A stretch of 64,000 nt of DNA from the NCBI GenBank assembly GCA_963753065.1, contig CAVWAQ010000002.1, positions 145,863-209,862 of the forward strand, read 5' to 3'. This document shows positions 46,357 to 57,405 of the stretch, in pieces. Source of the stretch: Candidatus Bathyarchaeota archaeon. GTDB taxonomy: Archaea > Thermoproteota > Bathyarchaeia > 40CM-2-53-6. How positions within the stretch are numbered: position 1 is the first letter of the stretch; the number at the start of each line of letters is the position of its first letter. The position numbers were made by a program, and so were the translations under genes. The notes under the pieces are model-generated. The model did not search any database, was not told the origin of the DNA, and saw only the letters and a list, made by a program, of their open reading frames with translations.

Positions 46357-46800
46357 TCAGGTGATGTGACACCAGCAATCGCAATCAGTTGCGGCTCTCG
46401 GACAACCAAAGTGAAGGAATGCGTCGGCTAGACTTGGTCCAAGGCGTTCTGCTTGGGCTTGGTTATCTCTTTGTACTGCATTGCAGTGCTCAGTATGCTT
46501 ACGTTCCACTCCAATCTGGAAGTTAGTTTGACCCGGCCCGATTACAACAGTAGCCCTTCCGCTACCTTGGCCTACTCCAGTTGCCTTCATCGACTGGATA
46601 AGTTCGTTACGTTGAATCTTGAGTCCAGCATAGATTCCAACTACGACACAAAGACAACTGATAACTAGACCTAGAACAACTTGGGCAAAATACACAGAGA
46701 GAATTGTCGAACCCGCACTCCCAATGATCCCAACAAGAACAGCTACAAAGAATGCTTTCCAGTCTGTTGTTTGCTTTTGCTGGACACTTACTAGGCCCAT
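46357..46800 (-). CDS. Hypothetical small membrane protein
   Basis: Two to three hydrophobic helices. Its start abuts the putative IS end. Confidence 0.3.
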   Translation of the reverse strand: MGLVSVQQKQTTDWKAFFVAVLVGIIGSAGSTILSVYFAQVVLGLVISCLCVVVGIYAGLKIQRNELIQSMKATGVGQGSGRATVVIGPGQTNFQIGVERKHTEHCNAVQRDNQAQAERLGPSLADAFLHFGCPRAATDCDCWCHIT

Positions 46801-47540
46801 AAATAGGGATAATTCGCGGTTAGTATTTGCGGCTTGCGTTCTGAATGAGGGTCAACCACCTATCTTTGCCCTTAACTGCGATCCCTGCTTTCTCGCTAGG
46901 TGTCTGTCCGTCTAATCCCGTATGTGGTCTGATGTAGTTGTGGAAGATTTGCATACCCGTTAGGATCGGTGTGTCCTCTTTCTTGAGTGACCGCATGACC
47001 TTCTCTCGGTCTCTGATCTCGCCGTTGAGCCGTTCCATCTTGTTGTTATTGTGCTTGCCAGTGAGGGTGATTTGGCGTATGTGGACTGTGTTGTCCACAT
47101 TCTTGTTGGTTCGGAACTCTTTGAGCCATGCGTCGTGATATGACCGCAGGCCATCGGTGATGAGTACGCCGGGTTTCTTTCCTGCCCTATCCCTCGCCAT
47201 TTGGAACAAGTGCCTAGCATCGTGCGTATCTTTCGTATCTGCGACCTCTTGCGCTATCCAGAATCTTGTCTCGTCGTCCATCATGGCGAAAACGTATTTC
47301 ATGTTACCCTTGATCTTCACGTACAGTTCATCGGCTCGCCAAGTGTCGCTGACCTTGGGAGTTATCTTGTCTAGGTACTTCTGCATGAGGGCAGCATACC
47401 GCTTGATCCAGTTGTGGGCCGTAAGAAGCCGGTCGATCAAGATATCACATAAGGTAGGGCTCGGTTCTGGTTTCAACGATCACAAGCTTCTCCAATACCA
47501 GCTCTCATCATCGCCCCGCAATGCCTATGTTCGAATACAG
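46795..47540 (-). mobile_element. Putative IS6-family insertion sequence (about 0.75 kb) with imperfect terminal inverted repeats
   Basis: ATAGGGATAATTCGCGG near 46797-46815 pairs imperfectly with the reverse complement of CCCCGCAATGCCTATG near 47515-47535 (ATAGGcATTGCGGGG). The boundaries are approximate. Confidence 0.35.
46820..47476 (-). CDS. IS6-family DDE transposase
   Basis: WRADELYVKIKGNMKYVFAMMDDETR...VLITDGLRSYHDAW...RLNGEIRDREKVMRSLK...FHNYIRPH aligns to IS26/IS6-type transposases; 218 aa. Confidence 0.8.
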   Translation of the reverse strand: MKPEPSPTLCDILIDRLLTAHNWIKRYAALMQKYLDKITPKVSDTWRADELYVKIKGNMKYVFAMMDDETRFWIAQEVADTKDTHDARHLFQMARDRAGKKPGVLITDGLRSYHDAWLKEFRTNKNVDNTVHIRQITLTGKHNNNKMERLNGEIRDREKVMRSLKKEDTPILTGMQIFHNYIRPHTGLDGQTPSEKAGIAVKGKDRWLTLIQNASRKY

Positions 47541-47672
47541 CAAAAAGTGTGTCGGAGTCTGATTGACGGGAGCCTGCACGTTTTTCCGTCGGCCGAACTT
47601 GTCGGAAAGGTTGTTGTTTGTCCGTGGAACCCTTGAATCTAGAAACCTATGTTGACGCTATAGCAGGGGCTT

Positions 47673-48806
47673 TCAGATTCCTATCAATTCAGTTGGCATC
47701 CTAGCTAGAGGATAATCGTAAGTAACAACCAGCCATGAATCGAGAATCTTGTAGTCTCCAGCATTCTTGTAGATCTCATGCGCTTGGTTCCAGCGTGCTA
47801 GGGCGATGTCAGATGTCGGAAAGAGAAGTGCTCTTGACACTGAAATGGAATCGCCATTGCCAATTACAGATTTGATTATCATCTGCGTATCGTTCAGTTG
47901 AGTTGGAAACATGCCTATGAAGAGAGCCACGTAGCTTTGATCCGAGACTCCGGATGCAAACACGCCTTTTCTGACGCTGAGTTCGTCGAACAGGCCCTCA
48001 CTGTGCGAGCTCACTTGATCAACAATCGCTTCTACGTTCTTGAGGGAAGCGGACATGTCGTTGCTGAGAATCAAGTCATGATTGATCACAGTCAAGTATC
48101 CGAGGTTTGAATTTTGATCTCCAAACTTGCGCATCAGGAACTGATAGATCGTGTATCCGCTGTAGTTCAGAGTATGCATCTTTGCCAGACTGGCGGAAGT
48201 GATATCGTTGACGAGGTCAGACTGTGCTTGGGCGGTCAATTGGAGGACTGTCGCGGACCCGCTGTATTTCGGCTCCGGCAACTGGATTTCTAACTCATAA
48301 GTGAGGTCATTTGGAACGATCTTGAAGCCCAACTGGGGGAGTTCAAAGACGGTCTTCGACCCGAAGAGCGATGAGTTATCGCTCACGTAGAACGCTTGTC
48401 CGTAGTTCACATATCCGACATATTGTGCATCGGTGGGAACGTACGGCATCCATTCCTGCAGTTTGAATTCAAAGTTTGCAGGAATATGCTCGACCGTCGG
48501 GAGGGATAAATAGTACGCTCCGGCTATGGCGATCATTATGACAATAGTCGTTACTGCGAAGGAGTATGTCCGAAGCCGAGTCCGGTCTCTTTTGTTTGGT
48601 CGATCTCCTTTGCGCTGTTTCAAGGCCTTGGCACGCGCTTGATTCCTCGTAACGAATGGTGGTGCTGAAGGGCTTATGTTAAGCTTTCCGAGAATTGTAC
48701 GTCGATCTGTCCAGCTTGCCACGGGTATCCTCGTCGCTGACTCTATTGTGGGGTTTCTTCTAACATTTCTCAGGTTCACTTTCGTCGAGGTTGTGGGGGA
48801 CCTCAT
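47673..48806 (-). CDS. Membrane-anchored extracellular protein of unknown function (basic cytoplasmic N-terminus, one TM helix)
   Basis: Basic stretch KRDRTRLRTYS followed by TM FAVTTIVIMIAIAGAYYL and a 300-aa extracellular domain. Confidence 0.4.
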   Translation of the reverse strand: MRSPTTSTKVNLRNVRRNPTIESATRIPVASWTDRRTILGKLNISPSAPPFVTRNQARAKALKQRKGDRPNKRDRTRLRTYSFAVTTIVIMIAIAGAYYLSLPTVEHIPANFEFKLQEWMPYVPTDAQYVGYVNYGQAFYVSDNSSLFGSKTVFELPQLGFKIVPNDLTYELEIQLPEPKYSGSATVLQLTAQAQSDLVNDITSASLAKMHTLNYSGYTIYQFLMRKFGDQNSNLGYLTVINHDLILSNDMSASLKNVEAIVDQVSSHSEGLFDELSVRKGVFASGVSDQSYVALFIGMFPTQLNDTQMIIKSVIGNGDSISVSRALLFPTSDIALARWNQAHEIYKNAGDYKILDSWLVVTYDYPLARMPTELIGI

Positions 48807-49088
48807 CTTAGTTGAGGTTGCGGTCTTGTTTATTACAGCAGGTCTAATTGATTTTGCGTCTTCGATAGGCGTCGCTCAATTCAGAAAAACCTTCTTGGCT
48901 TCGAAACAGGGATATTCATCGTCGGAACACAAGATGTCAGAACGGAGGGCGTCTGTGCTGTTTCTAGCGGGGGTAATCTTGTTCTCAATATTGATAGCCG
49001 TGTCAATTTACATGCACCTCTAGGATCAGAGGGATGTAAGAAAAAACGTGGGAGCTTGGAGGGGTTTCCCTCCAAGCGCTTGTGGCGA

Positions 49089-51507
49089 CTACTTGGTAGT
49101 GGGTGCGGGTTTCTTTCGGCTTCGCCAGACCACTGCGCCTACCAGTGCAATGATGACTACGATTACGACGCCGAGCACCGTTGCGTCGGTAGACGTGGAC
49201 GAAACCGCGATGGGATCTGTCATGGTTTGTGGAAGCAATTGTCGACCGTTAAGCCAGTCATCTCTTCGTCGCTGGTTATTTCTTGGAATTTCGCATGGGT
49301 CGAGTTTGATTGTGCCATTTTGTATTGCCTGCACCAAGTCCGGGGCAGGGACGATACCAGTGAAGTTTGCCCGATACCATGTCGTGCCAAAGGCTGGTGG
49401 TGCGGGTGCTGCGAGTTGGTAGTTACTTGCGTTGTCGCTCATTGCTGGCGCGAAGTTGGTCCATGTGTTGCCACCATCTGTACTCTGCTGGATCATTACT
49501 AGCACGTTCGCCACCGGGGCGCGTCCGGTGATGGTGACGGAACCAGTGCCCAGCATTGGGCTACCAGCGTATGCGATCTGCGCTGGAGGAGGTCCGACTT
49601 TGACCGTATAGCCGGCTTGCTGCAGCAGAGTTGCTGCGGCGTTAACGTCGTAGCTGTCCGGTTTGAGGGTCGGGTCGTACCACTGTCCCCAGCCTGGACC
49701 AAGGAAGGTCGCCAATGGGTATGCGGATCCAGCCAGGAGTTGGCTTACGATCAGGTCCCTCGGGATGAGGTGACTGATTGCCTTGCGTATCAGGCGAGCG
49801 GCTTCGCCTGCCTGCGAGGGGTTACTCTTCCCAAGGGGCGTATCGACACCTGTACCAAAGACAGGATTGTTCATGTTGAATCCCATCTCCTGCCAGCCCA
49901 GCTCAGTTGCAGTTATGATGTTGATATTGGGAATCTGCTGTAGTGTTGGCTTGTCTTTGGCGAGTGCATAGTTGTAGTCCAACAGGTCCACTTGACCGTT
50001 CTTCAATGCTGCGATAGCGGCGTCCTTGCTGCCAATCCATTGCACTTTGTAGGTGTTGACCGTGAATTGGCCGAGAGCTTGCAGGCCAGTAGCGTTCCAG
50101 TATCCCGGATACTTCACTAGGGTTGCAATATTGTTCGTAAAGTCATAATCCTTAAGATAGTATGGACCAGCGCCGACGGGACCAACTGCAGTGTAGCTGC
50201 CTGAACCGCCGTACCGTGTCGCATCCCACTTGTACGTGTAGGGCGCGGAAGCGGTGCTGAACGGTGCGCTGTCCCAGCCAGCGAATGGAAAGCCTCTCCA
50301 TTATGTGCATAGGTAGCGGTGCGAACGCGGCGTAGACGGTGCTTGTGAAAGCATAGATTGCTGGTATATGGAACTGGAATTCATATTTGCTAATCGCTTT
50401 CCACGAACCATCAGTCTCAGGAACCTGCGGGCCGGTGTTGTCATCTATTCGGGAGGTTCCGTTGAGGAATGTGAATGTGACTTTGCTGCCAAGGTATTGC
50501 ACGTTGCTTCCCAGTCCGACCGATGCGGTGTTGGGGTTGGTCAACGCATATTGTGTGTAGACGAAGTCGTCTGCGGTGACCTCAACTCCGTCTTGGAATG
50601 TGACGCCTGGCTTTATGTCAACAGTCCATGTCAATCCGTCTGCACTTGGAGTGATCCTCTGTGCCGTGCCCATTATGTAGCTGGAAGTCCGCGGATCTGG
50701 TTCCTGTAGGTATCCTCCCATTATTTGGAACCATACGTAAGCTGCGTAGAAGCTGTTTGAGGAAGCAGTGTTTGCGGGATTCAGCGTGTTGCCCGGGAAG
50801 ATGTTGCTTCCTTCAGCCATAGTGAGACTGTCTGATCCTGCCCAGTGCTGAACGTCGGGGAAAGTAACCTCACTGTAGACGTTAGGGTCACCCCAAGCCG
50901 TAAATTTCGCGGCTCTCGGGACGGGGTCAATTGTCTCGTAGATATAGTTGTACGGGGCGTCGTTGAACACGATCTCTTGGAACTGATGAGTCAGTTGGAC
51001 CTGGGTCGCGGGATCTGTTGAGCTGTAGAGCTTGTCAAATATGGCGTTCACTTGAGGGTTATTGTAGTACGCGTAATTGCTCCCGGAGGGCGGGAGATAC
51101 GCGGGCCTTCCGTCAAAGTTGGCTCTGAAATCTGGCACGAATGCGGTATAACCCCATCCTATGAAGCCGATATCGTAGCCACCTTGGCTGAACGATGATC
51201 CCGGAGGAGCCGTCGCGGCGAACAGTCGATTCGAAAGCTGGTCGAAGTTTACGTAGAACAGTTTCGCATCGATTCCTAGTGAGATCATGTTGCTGGTGAT
51301 GATGCTGGAGTACTGTCTCCTAACGGTATTTCCGCCGGTCGGCGCGATTAGCGTCACCGAAAACAGACTTGGCCCCTGGGCGTATGCAGTTGTGAAAAGA
51401 CATGGCACTGCACTTGAAGCAATAACGTATATCAGGAGTGCCATAGCTATGCCTTGAACAATATACTTTGCTGATCTATCCGACATTTTCATATCACGTA
51501 AGCACAA
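49089..51507 (-). pseudogene. ABC transporter substrate-binding protein (family 5, oligopeptide/dipeptide/nickel type) with a C-terminal TM anchor; apparent frameshift near 50300-50315
   Basis: The N-terminal half (ORF 50152..51507) has a signal or TM segment and SBP_bac_5-like sequence that ends in out-of-frame residues. The second half (49089..50117) continues upstream in its own frame to a stop at about 50303 (…FAGWDSAPFSTASAPYTYKWDATRYGG…) and ends with the TM anchor VVIVVIIALVGAVVW. Confidence 0.65.
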
Positions 51508-51694
51508 GTTCTGGCTATCAACTCTATTTATGTCTTCTCAGGAAGATAGAGAGGAACTGGATTTCCACTCGCCTCTGCGCGAACCACAGGAAGGCGCTTT
51601 GTGTTGCCTGAGGGGAGGGCATTGAACCGATCCCTAATCGAACGCAAACGTTAATTGCGTAGTGGCCTGACCACTTCGAGTTTAGGGGTAGCAT

Positions 51695-52664
51695 TTGGCT
51701 AGCCTCATCCGTTACATCATTCGCCGCTTGCTCTTCATGATTCCCGGTATTCCTGGGTGTTGCGATCCTGACCTTTGGTGTCGGAAATGCGGCGGGAAAC
51801 CCGCTGGATCTCATTCGAGCAGGCCTAAAAAACCCGAGCCCCGCAGTGCTGGATGCGCTCAGGCACTACTACCACCTTGACCAGCCCCTTTGGGAGCGTT
51901 TCCTTCTCTGGCTTTGGGATCTGTTGCACGGGAATCTTGGCGTGTCGATTTCTGGAAGGCCTGTAGCTTCTTCGATTGGTGCATGGACTGTGACTACGTT
52001 GGAGCTGCAAATTCTAGCGCTGATACTTTCAGTCGCTATCGGAGTGCCAGTTGGTGTCTACTCCTCGAAGCATCAGTATTCGAAGACTGATTACGCGATC
52101 ACTTCAGTCGCGATTTTCGGGTATTCGATGCCAACTTTCTGGCTCGGGATTATATTGGTTATAATCTTCTCATTCAACTTGGGCTGGCTGCCTAGCAGCG
52201 GAGCGGTCAGCGTAAGCTACATGTGGTGGGGAACACCTCTTCTCGACTGGATTGCGCACCTGATTCTACCTACGCTCGTTCTAACGTATGTGAGCTTGGC
52301 TACTATAGTTCGTCTTGTGCGAGCCAATATGCTTGAGGTAATGCGACAAGACTACATCCTGGCAGCTCGTGCGAGTGGCCTCAGTGAACGTACGGTTACC
52401 TACCGCTATGCGTTGAGAAATGCGATTAGTCCAGTGGTGACAATTATCGGACTTGGATTTGGCGCCGCGCTCGGTGGCGCGCCTGCACTTGAAACCACTT
52501 TCTCGTGGCCGGGATTGGGTTACGCGTTCACCCAGGCGGCCCTCACCTTGGACATTCCTCTTGTTGAGGGAATAACAATCGTCATCACGGTGATGGTCTT
52601 GATCGCTAACTTGATCACGGACTTGTCATATGCTTTGCTTGATCCACGCGTAACGATAGATTGA
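51695..52664 (+). pseudogene. ABC peptide transporter permease (DppB/OppB-like) with an apparent frameshift near 51745-51760
   Basis: N-terminus MASLIRYIIRRLLFMIPGI (frame of ORF 51695). The continuation FLGVAILTFGVGNAAGNPLDLIRAGLKNPSPAVLDALRHYY... is in the frame of ORF 51846..52664. Confidence 0.65.
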
Positions 52665-52668
52665 GGAA

Positions 52669-53565
52669 TTGTGTTTGTCTGAGAAACAGCGTACCCGAGG
52701 AGCTAGTACGTGGTCCCTTGCGTGGCGTCGGTTCAGGAGAAACAAGTCCGCTCTTGTCGGGAGTGCAATTGTTGTCTTCTTCATTGCAATTGGCATATTC
52801 GGACCTTATGTTGCCCCTTACCCGGCTCGAAGTTACCTGTCATTATACACGGGAGATGCCGGGTCTCCTCCGTCATTTAAGCACCCATTCGGAGTTGAAG
52901 ACTCGGGCATAGATGTCTTCAGCGAGACTATTCATGGGACTAGGAACGATCTATACGTCGGGCTTGCGGCCACTCTTGTTACGATGATTATCGGAATCGC
53001 GGTGGGCGCTGTCGCTGGATACTTCAAGGGCGTTGTATCGGATATATTGCTCGGGGTAATACAAGTCTTCTTCGTCATTCCGGTTCTACTGCTCATTCTC
53101 CTATTCGCGAGAGTGTTCTCCGTGTTAGTTTTCAAGGGCTTGGGTCTGACGCTGATTGTCCTCATATTGGCGTTTTTCGGATGGTCTCAAATTGCTTTCA
53201 TCGTCAGGGGAGAAACGCTGAGACTGAAGGAGATGGAGTTTATTCAAGCGGCCCGCTCTCTGGGAGCAGGCTCCTTCAGGCTTCTCTTCCGCCACATTGT
53301 TCCGAACATCTTGTCACCAGTCATCGTGATTGCAACGCTTGACATCGCAGGTTTCATCTTGACAGAAGTGGTTGTGAGTTTCCTAGGCTTTGGCGACCCG
53401 AACACCTCAACGTGGGGTCTGCTTCTAAACGAGGGTTTCTCTTTCGTCAGGACTACTTGGTGGGTTTCGCTGTTTCCTGGTTTGGCCGTAGTGATATGTG
53501 TTTTAGGGTTCAACCTGATGGGCGATGGATTATCGGACGCGCTAAACCCTAGGCTGCGTGAATGA
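52669..53565 (+). CDS. ABC peptide transporter permease (DppC/OppC-like)
   Basis: N-terminal WRRFRRNKSALVGSAIVVFFI, an EAA-like loop (IQAARSLGAGSFRLLFRHIVPNI) and six TM helices. Confidence 0.85.
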   Translation: MCLSEKQRTRGASTWSLAWRRFRRNKSALVGSAIVVFFIAIGIFGPYVAPYPARSYLSLYTGDAGSPPSFKHPFGVEDSGIDVFSETIHGTRNDLYVGLAATLVTMIIGIAVGAVAGYFKGVVSDILLGVIQVFFVIPVLLLILLFARVFSVLVFKGLGLTLIVLILAFFGWSQIAFIVRGETLRLKEMEFIQAARSLGAGSFRLLFRHIVPNILSPVIVIATLDIAGFILTEVVVSFLGFGDPNTSTWGLLLNEGFSFVRTTWWVSLFPGLAVVICVLGFNLMGDGLSDALNPRLRE

Positions 53566-54568
53566 GAGGGGCCACCTGTTGACAGAAAGACTCCTGGAAA
53601 TCTCCGATTTGCGCACCTACTTCTTCACGGAAGCAGGCGTGGTAAAGGCATTGGATGGAATGTCCCTGGAAGTCAACAAAGGACAGACAGTCGGCCTTGT
53701 GGGGGAATCCGGGTCAGGCAAGTCTGTAACTGCTCAATCTGTGCTGCGTATAGTTCCCCGGCCGGGACGCATAGTGGATGGATCAGTCAAATTCGAAGGC
53801 GAAGAGCTCCTTTCGAAAACGGAAAATGAAATGCGAAAACTTAGAGGCCCCAAGATGGCTATCGTATTCCAAGATCCAACTACGTCACTTAACCCTATCT
53901 ATACTGTGGAGAAACAGCTCACGGATATTTTGACACTCCACCGAGACCTGGGGAAATCCGAAGCTTCCGAGAGAGCATTGTACCTTCTGGAACTCGTTGG
54001 AATTCAGGAACCAGAGAAAAGACTCAGGACTTACCCTCATGAATTAAGCGGCGGCATGAAGCAGCGTGTTGCAATAGCGAGGGCTTTGTCATGCGAACCG
54101 ACACTCCTCTTCGCTGATGAACCAACAACGAACTTGGACGTCACTGTCCAGGCTCAAGTCCTAGAATTGCTTAAGAAGTTGCAGAAGGAGCTGAAAATGA
54201 CTATGGTTATGATTACCCATGACATGGGGATCATAGCCGATATGGCCGAACATGTCACCGTCCTCTACGCAGGCAAAGTCTTGGAGGTCGCCGACACGGT
54301 CACACTATTCAAGTCGCCGAAGCATCCATACACCGAAGCACTTCTCAAAGCTGTCCCCAGTGTAAAGCAGACGCGTACGCTTGAGGTCATACCCGGCAAC
54401 ATCCCGAACTTGATAGAACTTCCTACTGGCTGCGTGTTCCACCCCCGATGCAAGTACGCCAAGGATGTTTGCGTGAAAGAGGAACCTTCGTTGGAGAAAG
54501 CAGAAGATGGACACTACGCGGCATGTCACCTATGGCGGGAATTGAAGCTTGAAGGCAGAAGTGGCTGA
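53558..54568 (+). CDS. ABC transporter ATP-binding protein (DppD/OppD-like)
   Basis: Walker A GESGSGKS, signature LSGGMKQR, Walker B LLFADEPTTNLD and the oligopeptide C-terminal domain. Confidence 0.9.
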   Translation: MNERGHLLTERLLEISDLRTYFFTEAGVVKALDGMSLEVNKGQTVGLVGESGSGKSVTAQSVLRIVPRPGRIVDGSVKFEGEELLSKTENEMRKLRGPKMAIVFQDPTTSLNPIYTVEKQLTDILTLHRDLGKSEASERALYLLELVGIQEPEKRLRTYPHELSGGMKQRVAIARALSCEPTLLFADEPTTNLDVTVQAQVLELLKKLQKELKMTMVMITHDMGIIADMAEHVTVLYAGKVLEVADTVTLFKSPKHPYTEALLKAVPSVKQTRTLEVIPGNIPNLIELPTGCVFHPRCKYAKDVCVKEEPSLEKAEDGHYAACHLWRELKLEGRSG

Positions 54569-55586
54569 GATGCAGGCATCGACGGATCCGAAAGGGCTGA
54601 TCCTCCAAGTGAGGTCCCTCGTTAAGCATTTCGATGTCATTGAACGTGGTATCCTTCGAAAGAAAAAAGCGGGTGAAGTACACGCTGTTGACGACGTCTC
54701 GTTCCATATCCTCAAAGGCGAGACACTCGGACTTGTTGGAGAAAGTGGATGTGGCAAGACAACCGTTGGCAAGGTAATCCTTTACCTTGAAGAGCCAAGT
54801 TCAGGTTCAGTGATATTCGAGGGCGAGGATGTTTTCGAAGTCTTCGCAAATGGGAATCAAAACGAATCAAAAAGGGTTAGACGCAAAATGCAGATGGTGT
54901 TTCAGAACCCTTACAATTCTCTGGATCCACGTATGACTGTCTACGATATCATAAGCGAAGCATTTACGATCCATAAGAATCTACCGAAAAACGAATGGAA
55001 AAGTCGCGTCTACGAGCTTCTGAGGATGGTGAATTTAGAAGAGTACCACGCAGAGCGATATCCACACGAGTTCAGTGGCGGTCAGAGGCAGAGAATCGCA
55101 ATCGCGCGTGCTCTGGCAGTTGATCCGAAGTTCGTCATTCTAGATGAACCAGTTTCGTCGTTGGATGTTTCGATCAGGGCTCAAATCCTGAATTTACTTA
55201 TAGATCTGCAACAAAAGAAACATCTGTCTTATCTTTACATTTCGCACGACTTGAGTTCAGTTCGTCAGATCAGTGAGCGCGTTGCGGTCATGTACCTTGG
55301 GGAAATTGTTGAGTTGGCAGGCTCAGAGCAGTTGTTCGACAAACCCTTGCATCCATACACTCAGGCTTTGATTTCCGCGGTTCCAGCCCCGGACGTTGAT
55401 CACAAGACAACTCGAATTATCCTTCCAGGCGAGGTACCTAGCCCGATCAATCCTCCGCAAGCGTGCAGATTCCATCCGCGGTGCCCACACGCCACGGACA
55501 TATGCAGACAGGTTGCCCCAAGACTTGAGGACAAGTTGGTCAAGGAGCATTTCGTTGCTTGCCACCATGCGGATAAGTTCATCTAG
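54549..55586 (+). CDS. ABC transporter ATP-binding protein (DppF/OppF-like)
   Basis: Walker A GESGCGKTT, signature FSGGQRQR, Walker B ILDEPVSSLD and the oligopeptide C-terminal domain. Confidence 0.9.
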   Translation: MKAEVAEMQASTDPKGLILQVRSLVKHFDVIERGILRKKKAGEVHAVDDVSFHILKGETLGLVGESGCGKTTVGKVILYLEEPSSGSVIFEGEDVFEVFANGNQNESKRVRRKMQMVFQNPYNSLDPRMTVYDIISEAFTIHKNLPKNEWKSRVYELLRMVNLEEYHAERYPHEFSGGQRQRIAIARALAVDPKFVILDEPVSSLDVSIRAQILNLLIDLQQKKHLSYLYISHDLSSVRQISERVAVMYLGEIVELAGSEQLFDKPLHPYTQALISAVPAPDVDHKTTRIILPGEVPSPINPPQACRFHPRCPHATDICRQVAPRLEDKLVKEHFVACHHADKFI

Positions 55587-55595
55587 GGTGCAGTC

Positions 55596-56171
55596 TTGCG
55601 AGTTAGAAAAGGACAAGCGACAGGAATCGTTCTTTTTACTCTGGCCCTCATTTTCCTGTTTGTCGGAACAGTGATGCCATATTACAAGTCGCCGCAGCGA
55701 ATTCAAGGAAGTGGGCCTAAGGTGGAGTTCACTTCTTCCCTTCCGTATTGGATTGACACTTACTTCATACCACCAATTGACGTAGGAACCCCAATTAGCC
55801 TAAGCGTGTCCAGTGATCGAACGGGAGCCACGACAGTCTTATTGGCGTCCTATGATCAGGATCGTCAAACGATAATAGGGCCACCATTGGTTAACGTCGT
55901 TTTTGCGTCAGCCGAGAAGGGTCTCGTCGTCTTCACAAATGCAGGTAGATCTGGACCATACCTCCTGACGATTACTAGTTACAATAGCTCATACACATTC
56001 TATCTAAGTTCTGTTTGGTCACCTTTCTATGCGCTCAGAAGCCTGACCATCTATGGTCTCGGGCTTCTCCCACTTGGGGCAGCCACCTTGTACTATGATA
56101 GGATAGTCGAAGGGCGTGAGAAAATGGCTGAGGAGGCTCTGAGGGGGATCAAGAAAACTCGACAACCTTGA
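55596..56171 (+). CDS. Hypothetical membrane-anchored or secreted protein downstream of the ABC operon
   Basis: N-terminal TM (IVLFTLALIFLFVGTV) and a Ser/Thr-rich beta domain. Confidence 0.35.
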   Translation: MRVRKGQATGIVLFTLALIFLFVGTVMPYYKSPQRIQGSGPKVEFTSSLPYWIDTYFIPPIDVGTPISLSVSSDRTGATTVLLASYDQDRQTIIGPPLVNVVFASAEKGLVVFTNAGRSGPYLLTITSYNSSYTFYLSSVWSPFYALRSLTIYGLGLLPLGAATLYYDRIVEGREKMAEEALRGIKKTRQP

Positions 56172-56178
56172 TGGTTTC

Positions 56179-57405
56179 CTACGAACCAAGAAAGGATTGC
56201 GTCATTCTTGAATTGATTAAGATCCAGTTGGGCCCTCTAATTGAGAATTCGAAATTGTCCTCAGCTTCAATCAGGATATGCCAGATAGATTCGTCACTTG
56301 CATTTACTTTCTTGAGTTTTGACCTGGATCTGCGCTTCCGCGTTAGCAGGAACAAGAAAGCCCCCACGATAAGTAAGGCTGTAGTCAGGAGCGTAGGTAC
56401 GGTGGTATCTGTAGTCCATCTTGCTCGGATGCTCTTACTTGAATCCATAAGCACCCGCACGGTCGAGTTTCTTGATTGGATGCCGTCTGTCCACTCCTGA
56501 AACTGGTCATTCGCACCGATGAATCCTAACCCGCCGGGAGTACTCGCCGTGGTAGCTGATAACGAAACGTAAGCAAACATGTCTTTAGGAAGCTTAACTT
56601 GCGCACTCTCATAGAAGGAATTCGTCCCGAGAACCGACGTTACTAGAAATCGAACGTTAGGGTGAACACTGACGTTGAGTGTCACATAGTCGCTCGTCCA
56701 TAGAATGACGCCGTCCCTGGATCTTGGCACCAATGAACCCGCTAGCAACGTGTTCGCTTCAACAACCTTCACTCCGTAAGGGTTTTCCACGCAATACGCA
56801 TTCGTGCGGCAAGTGCTGATCGTAACCAGCGAGTTCACACAGCGCCATTCACCTGCATTGAGGTAGGCTACATGCCTGAATTCTACTGGACCCAGCTCCA
56901 GTGTCGCGTTGGAGGCGGAATTTTTCTCCGCTACAACGAAAACTGGGTCTATTGAATAATCCACGGAGAAACTTGTGTTTGCGACCACTTGTCCATCGAT
57001 TGCAAAGCGCCAGGAGCCTGAGACACTCGGATCTATTGTGTAGACGTGCCAAGTGCCATTCTGCCCAGCAGAGCCGGCCGGGCCTATCTGATAGTAGAAG
57101 TCGGGCCCAAGGCGATTAGGCCAGTACTGCCACTGCCAACGTGCGTCCGAATCCGTTATGAGTTCCGATGACCCCACGCAACTGAACGTACCTGCGATCA
57201 GGGCGCCTTTGAGACAATAGACTCCTGGCTCCAATGAGTATCCAAATTGTATGAACGATCCATCGCCTAAATTGTCCCCAACCCAGAAGTAGTCTAGCAC
57301 ACCTTGGTAAGACTCGTACGCGTGTGTCTCGATCTCCGCTTGGACGCCGCGATTAGATCTTGATTCATCATCGCCCCAAGCACCAACTTTGAAGACGGCC
57401 GCCAT
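56179..57405 (-). CDS. Extracellular beta-rich protein with a C-terminal TM anchor (unknown function; lectin or glycosidase-like jelly-roll composition)
   Basis: C-terminus PTLLTTALLIVGAFLFLLTRKRRSR. A hydrophobic segment (EWFIVLLLLNPIILASAP) lies in-frame upstream of the annotated Met but has no standard start codon. Confidence 0.4.
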   Translation of the reverse strand: MAAVFKVGAWGDDESRSNRGVQAEIETHAYESYQGVLDYFWVGDNLGDGSFIQFGYSLEPGVYCLKGALIAGTFSCVGSSELITDSDARWQWQYWPNRLGPDFYYQIGPAGSAGQNGTWHVYTIDPSVSGSWRFAIDGQVVANTSFSVDYSIDPVFVVAEKNSASNATLELGPVEFRHVAYLNAGEWRCVNSLVTISTCRTNAYCVENPYGVKVVEANTLLAGSLVPRSRDGVILWTSDYVTLNVSVHPNVRFLVTSVLGTNSFYESAQVKLPKDMFAYVSLSATTASTPGGLGFIGANDQFQEWTDGIQSRNSTVRVLMDSSKSIRARWTTDTTVPTLLTTALLIVGAFLFLLTRKRRSRSKLKKVNASDESIWHILIEAEDNFEFSIRGPNWILINSRMTQSFLGS

